The notes under the pieces were generated by a model. The model was not told the DNA's origin. It ran no database searches and was given only the letters and a program-made list of their open reading frames with translations. Of a stretch of 64,000 nucleotides of DNA, positions 59,743 to 64,000 are shown piece by piece. Position numbers and translations under genes: made by a program. Each line of letters opens with the position of its first letter. Position 1 is the stretch's first letter. The stretch covers positions 1 through 64,000 of the forward strand of contig JBGPFC010000014.1 in the NCBI GenBank assembly GCA_041483195.1. Reading direction: 5' to 3'. This stretch comes from Candidatus Eiseniibacteriota bacterium. Its GTDB lineage: Bacteria; Eisenbacteria; RBG-16-71-46.

Positions 59743-60665
59743 CGCATTTCCCTCCCCGTTGTGCTGCGCCCGGCTGCCGTGAGATCGAGGGCATCACGCA
59801 ACCCCCTCGCGAGAGATTCCGTGGAGCCCACACCCCAGTAGTGGAGAAAGATGATGCGCGGCGTCTCCCCCGCCATGTGCTGGTGGAGGGCGACGATGTT
59901 GATGCCGGCACCACGCAGGGTCTTGAGCACCGGCTGAACCTCCGACTCGAGCATCGCGAAGTCACCGTCCACCACCGCTTGATCGTCGGACCCGGCGAAG
60001 GCCGCCCAGGTGTTGACTCCCATCGTCTTGCCCATGACCGCGCCGTGCATCCGCGTGGTACGGCCCACGACCACCTTGTACACGCCGTCCTTGAGCTCGC
60101 CCCGCTCGTGAAGGATCGTTTCGATCTTCGCGGGATCGAGCGAGGTCTTCGCCGGATCGAGGTCCGCGGTGGGCGTCACGCCCTTGCCGCCGCTCGTCTC
60201 CTTGAGCTTCGCGAACACCTTGCCGACGGCCGTGGCCAGCGCGGCCTCATCGCCCATGCCTCCGATGTGCATGAACATGACCTTCGGGGTGTCCCAGAAG
60301 AAGTGGTTATGGAGCGCCGTGACCTCGAGCCCATTGTCGAGGGCCGCGCTCATCACCGGATTCACCTGATCCTCGAGCAGCACCATGTCGCCCATCACCA
60401 CCGTGTGCTGACCGACCTGCTTGAACGCCGCCCACGACGTCAGGCCCATGGGAGGCGTCATGCGCACGCCGGCCACGGTGACGTTCAGGTCGCCGCGCGG
60501 GACGGAGACCTTGAAGACCAATTCCTTCGCATCGAGCGTGCCCTTCGCGCCCGTGAGCTGCTCGATGCGGGCGGTGTCGAGAGACGCAGCGGCCGCGGGC
60601 GGCACCCACCCGATGCAGACGCTCGCGCACAGCGCGAGCGCAAGGCCGATCCGATCCAGCTTCAT
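59739..60665 (-). CDS. DUF1259 (LppY/LpqO-like) secreted protein
   Basis: Two repeats: VTALHNH..MFMH and IVALHQH..FLHYWG. Confidence 0.85.
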   Translation of the reverse strand: MKLDRIGLALALCASVCIGWVPPAAAASLDTARIEQLTGAKGTLDAKELVFKVSVPRGDLNVTVAGVRMTPPMGLTSWAAFKQVGQHTVVMGDMVLLEDQVNPVMSAALDNGLEVTALHNHFFWDTPKVMFMHIGGMGDEAALATAVGKVFAKLKETSGGKGVTPTADLDPAKTSLDPAKIETILHERGELKDGVYKVVVGRTTRMHGAVMGKTMGVNTWAAFAGSDDQAVVDGDFAMLESEVQPVLKTLRGAGINIVALHQHMAGETPRIIFLHYWGVGSTESLARGLRDALDLTAAGRSTTGREMR

Positions 60666-60702
60666 CGCTTCCTCCTTGGGTTCGAGACCCCGCGGCCACG
60701 CA

Positions 60703-61710
60703 TCAGTGGATCCGCCTCCGGAACGACTCGTAGAGGCTGTCGAGCAGCGCGGCCCCCTGTGCGAGACGCGCCTCGTCGCTCTTCTCCGCGATCGCGAGCC
60801 CTACGATCATGCGGCCGACGCCCGCGGTCTCGGCGCGGGCGTACCTCCCGTCTTCGAGATCGAGATCGTGGACGATCTCGGCGATCGGCTTGAGCGCCGA
60901 GTCGCGGAGCCGGAAACGCTCGACGAGCACCTCGAACGTGCAGCGGCCGCCCTCGTGCGTGAACTCGGCGCCCGCCATGTCGAACCGAATCTCGCTCGCA
61001 CCGGGCCTGTAGCCCCGCCCGGGCACGAACTTGAACCTCGCCTTGTCATCGAGGAACCGGCGGACGAGCCACGCGCTGGCGATTCGATCCACCATCACCC
61101 CGGCTCGCGTCACCCAGATGGCGCCGCGCGGCGGCTCGGATGGACCGGCGCCCGCGACGGCGCCCCGCTCGACGCCCTGCAATCGATCCTCGAGCAGCGA
61201 GAGGAGTCCCGCGGCGGAATCGCGGCCGCGGGCGCCAAACGGATCCTTCGACACGATCTCGTCAAAACGGAGCCGCAGGCGCTCGAGCGTTCGCGCCGCC
61301 GGACGTCGGCGCGCCTCGTCCGGCGGGCGTCCGCCTCGAAACTCCGACGCCAGGGCTCTGGCGTGCCTCGCGACCGCGGAATACTCGAGGTCGCGTGCTT
61401 TGCGGAAGATATCCTCGACCGCTCCGTCGGCGAGACCCTCCACGAACTGCGCCTCGCAGACGGCGGCCTCCCCGCCCTGATGGAGGATCGTCCGCGCCAA
61501 TTCGACCAGCGCGGCGCGCGTGGTCGCCGTCGCGTGTACAACGTAGACGGAGCTCTTGATCGCCACCGCCCCGGCCCGGCGGAGCTGGCGCCCGATCTTG
61601 ACGCGCAGGTAGTCGGGCTTCGCGGGAATCTGATGAATCAGGAGCAGCCACTTCGCCTTGCTCGCAGGCGGCACGATCCCTCCACGGTCCAGAGGCCGAG
61701 CGGGAGACAT
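60703..61710 (-). CDS. chrB: Chromate-resistance regulator ChrB
   Basis: WLLLIHQIPAKPDYLRVKI N-domain; WVTR..VDRIASAWLVRRFLD, FTHEGGRCTFE C-domain. Confidence 0.88.
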   Translation of the reverse strand: MSPARPLDRGGIVPPASKAKWLLLIHQIPAKPDYLRVKIGRQLRRAGAVAIKSSVYVVHATATTRAALVELARTILHQGGEAAVCEAQFVEGLADGAVEDIFRKARDLEYSAVARHARALASEFRGGRPPDEARRRPAARTLERLRLRFDEIVSKDPFGARGRDSAAGLLSLLEDRLQGVERGAVAGAGPSEPPRGAIWVTRAGVMVDRIASAWLVRRFLDDKARFKFVPGRGYRPGASEIRFDMAGAEFTHEGGRCTFEVLVERFRLRDSALKPIAEIVHDLDLEDGRYARAETAGVGRMIVGLAIAEKSDEARLAQGAALLDSLYESFRRRIH

Positions 61711-61868
61711 AGGCGCGCTGAGTCATCGAATCAAGTCGTGTGATTCACCTGCGCTACTCGAGATCGGGGCCGCCACCGGTGCCGCGAGTGAACGCTTGCC
61801 CGCCGCCGTGGCTCCATGCTACACGGGAGCGTTCGACGGACCGAACCTTCACCCCGGTGGACCCGCGC

Positions 61869-63155
61869 ATGTCCGAAGCTCCGAGCCGTCTCCGCGATCC
61901 ATGGAAGTGGGTCCCCACGCTGTATCTCGCCGAGGGGCTGCCCTACGTCGTCGTGATGACGGTGTCGGTCATCATGTACAAGGGCTTCGGGATCTCGAAC
62001 ACCGACATCGCGCTCTACACGAGCTGGCTCTACCTGCCGTGGGTGGTGAAGCCGCTCTGGTCGCCGGTGGTGGACATTCTCGGCACCCGCCGCCGCTGGA
62101 TCTGGGCGATGCAGCTCGTCATCGGCGGCGGGCTCGCGGGGGTGGCGCTGTCGGTTCCAGCGCCGCATTTCTTCCGCTGGACGCTCGCGTTCTTCTGGCT
62201 GCTCGCATTCAACTCCGCCACCCACGACATCGCCGCCGACGGCTTCTACCTGCTCGCGACCACCGAGGAGCAGCAGTCGTTCTTCGTCGGCGTACGCACC
62301 ATGTTCTACCGCATCGCCACCATCGCCGGGCAGGGTCTGCTCGTGATGCTCGCGGGCATCCTGCAGACCCGCACCGGGAATCCACGCCTCGCGTGGTCGG
62401 TCGCGATGAGCGTGCTCGCGGTCTCATTCATCGGGTTCGGGCTGTGGCATCGGTTCGTGCTGCCCCGCCCGCCGACCGATCGCCCCGGTGAAGCTCGCGA
62501 GATTCCACACTTCATCCGCGAGTTCCTGCTGACCTTCGGCTCGTTCTTCCGCAAGCCGCGCATCGCGGCCCTGTTGCTGTTCCTGCTGCTCTATCGCCTC
62601 GGCGAGGCGCAGCTCGTGAAGATGACATCGCCGTTCCTGCTCGATCCGCGCGCGCAGGGCGGCCTGGGGCTGACGACCACCGAGGTCGGGTTCATCTACG
62701 GCACGATCGGCATCATCGCGCTCACGCTCGGGGGAATCCTCGGCGGCATCGTGGTGGCGCGCCAGGGGCTCAAGGCGTGGCTCTGGATCATGCTGCTCGC
62801 GATCCATCTGCCGGACGCCGCGTTCATCTACCTCGCGTACGCCCAGCCGGCGAGCCTGCCGCTCGTCCAGCTCTGCGTGGCGGTCGAGCAGTTCGGGTAC
62901 GGCTTCGGTTTCACAGCGTACCTCATGTACATGATCCACATCGCCCGCGGCCCGCACCAGACCGCGCACTACGCGATCTGCACCGGCTTCATGGCGCTCG
63001 GCATGATGCTGCCCGGAATGTGGAGCGGCTGGCTGCAGGACCACATCGGCTACCCGCACTTCTTCACGTGGGTGATCCTCGCGACCGTGCCGAGCTTCGT
63101 CGTGGCGATGTGGATTCCGCTCGAGCCGGGATTCGGGAGGAAGGCGGAGGGCTGA
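61869..63155 (+). CDS. AmpG-like MFS transporter
   Basis: WVPTLYLAEGLPY, KPLWSPVVD, SATHDIAADGFY. Confidence 0.85.
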   Translation: MSEAPSRLRDPWKWVPTLYLAEGLPYVVVMTVSVIMYKGFGISNTDIALYTSWLYLPWVVKPLWSPVVDILGTRRRWIWAMQLVIGGGLAGVALSVPAPHFFRWTLAFFWLLAFNSATHDIAADGFYLLATTEEQQSFFVGVRTMFYRIATIAGQGLLVMLAGILQTRTGNPRLAWSVAMSVLAVSFIGFGLWHRFVLPRPPTDRPGEAREIPHFIREFLLTFGSFFRKPRIAALLLFLLLYRLGEAQLVKMTSPFLLDPRAQGGLGLTTTEVGFIYGTIGIIALTLGGILGGIVVARQGLKAWLWIMLLAIHLPDAAFIYLAYAQPASLPLVQLCVAVEQFGYGFGFTAYLMYMIHIARGPHQTAHYAICTGFMALGMMLPGMWSGWLQDHIGYPHFFTWVILATVPSFVVAMWIPLEPGFGRKAEG

Positions 63156-63508
63156 GCGCTTCGAGCGGAGGCTGGCTCGGGAGAAGCATGCACCGGCGAG
63201 CGGCGACCGTTGGGAGGGCGCAAACCGGTGCGCCACGGGCCAATGGACGCGCGGAGGAAATTCCTGTCTATCATCCGTTCGAGGTGTAACATCGGCCCCG
63301 TCCCGGGCGGGCCAGGATGGACCCCGATCCCCGCGGAGAGGTCGCGAAGGATGCATGGAGCCGTGCCGCCGCCGTGAGTGTCGGCCCCTTCGTCTCCGAG
63401 ATCCCGGGCGACGCTTCTCACGGTTCTCGCTTGGCCGCCCGCCCGCGCGCAGCCCCTTCGCGCTAGGGTCTCCGTCGCCGGCGCCGGCGCGATCGGAGGT
63501 GTACTTCC

Positions 63509-64000
63509 ATGAGGATGTTCACTACTCGCCGTCTCTGCTCACCGCTGTCGATGATGTTCGTCCTCGCGCTGCTCGTCCTGGGCTCGCGAGCGGCGGACGC
63601 GCAGGTCAATCCGCTCTGGGATCACTACAAGGTCTACCTCACGCCGCCATTCCCCGGCTCGCCGATAAACATCCCGGTCGTGCTCACCGACCAGTTCGGG
63701 ATCTACAACCACAACGTGCTCGAACTCGAAATGTTCATGAATCCGACTCAGAAGCAGGTCCTTGGCCCGGCCGGTGGTACCTACCCGATTCACGATGACA
63801 TCACGCACTACTCGTGGTGGAGGATCACCCCGCAGCCGTTCGGGGCGGTCGTGGCCGCCACCAACCAGTTCGGCGATCAGACGCTGCATGTGCACGACGC
63901 GGTCTACCTGCTCACTCCGGCCCTGAAGAACAACCAGAACTTTGGGGGACTGCCGCCCTTCAAGAATCATTACAAGTGCTACTTCTGTGACGGGCAGCCG
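63509..64000 (+). CDS. Secreted repeat protein, partial (runs off window)
   Basis: GGAGGT RBS; signal peptide; repeating DHYKVY..DQFG..NP.K / HY..NQFG..P.LK / NHYKCY units. Confidence 0.7.
   Translation, partial: MRMFTTRRLCSPLSMMFVLALLVLGSRAADAQVNPLWDHYKVYLTPPFPGSPINIPVVLTDQFGIYNHNVLELEMFMNPTQKQVLGPAGGTYPIHDDITHYSWWRITPQPFGAVVAATNQFGDQTLHVHDAVYLLTPALKNNQNFGGLPPFKNHYKCYFCDGQP

Noticed and set aside
1..64000. CRISPR array, rRNA or riboswitch
   Set aside because: No regularly spaced repeats or recognisable conserved RNA motifs seen by eye; covariance searches were not run

Overview
High-GC, Gram-negative-type bacterial window. Several secreted proteins carry T9SS-type/FlgD-Ig C-terminal domains, alongside a PorV-like barrel and Ser/Thr kinase-TPR genes; this suggests an FCB-related lineage such as Ca. 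Eisenbacteria (inference only). (1) ~2.0-19 kb is an accessory region bracketed by two decayed kinase genes that share a ~60-bp 5' repeat. It holds a tandem array of degenerate tyrosine-integrase elements: three integrase C-terminal pieces, two att-like junctions built from the 5' half of tRNA-Arg(CCT) plus conserved arm repeats, and variable cargo including two HEPN-like defence candidates. An IS110/IS1111-type element sits exactly in one att core, and its 3' non-coding region has readable bridge-RNA-like target and donor guides matching that core. There are also two IS3 elements: one splits the HEPN gene, the other appears to have captured a VOC gene by using a distal end. (2) 19-25.6 kb: two-component genes, a porin-like gene and a kinase-TPR gene. 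(3) 25.6-48.9 kb: LacI-controlled divergent beta-glucan (probably beta-1,2-glucan) utilisation locus with a TonB-dependent receptor, CTD proteins, PorV-like barrel, two GH144-like enzymes, a sugar ABC transporter, an (alpha/alpha)6 enzyme and GH1. (4) 49-64 kb: secreted proteins, TetR-ABC exporter, His-tail EamA transporter, a chrB-type cluster lacking chrA, an AmpG-like MFS and a partial repeat protein. All assignments come from reading motifs by eye; no database searches were run.
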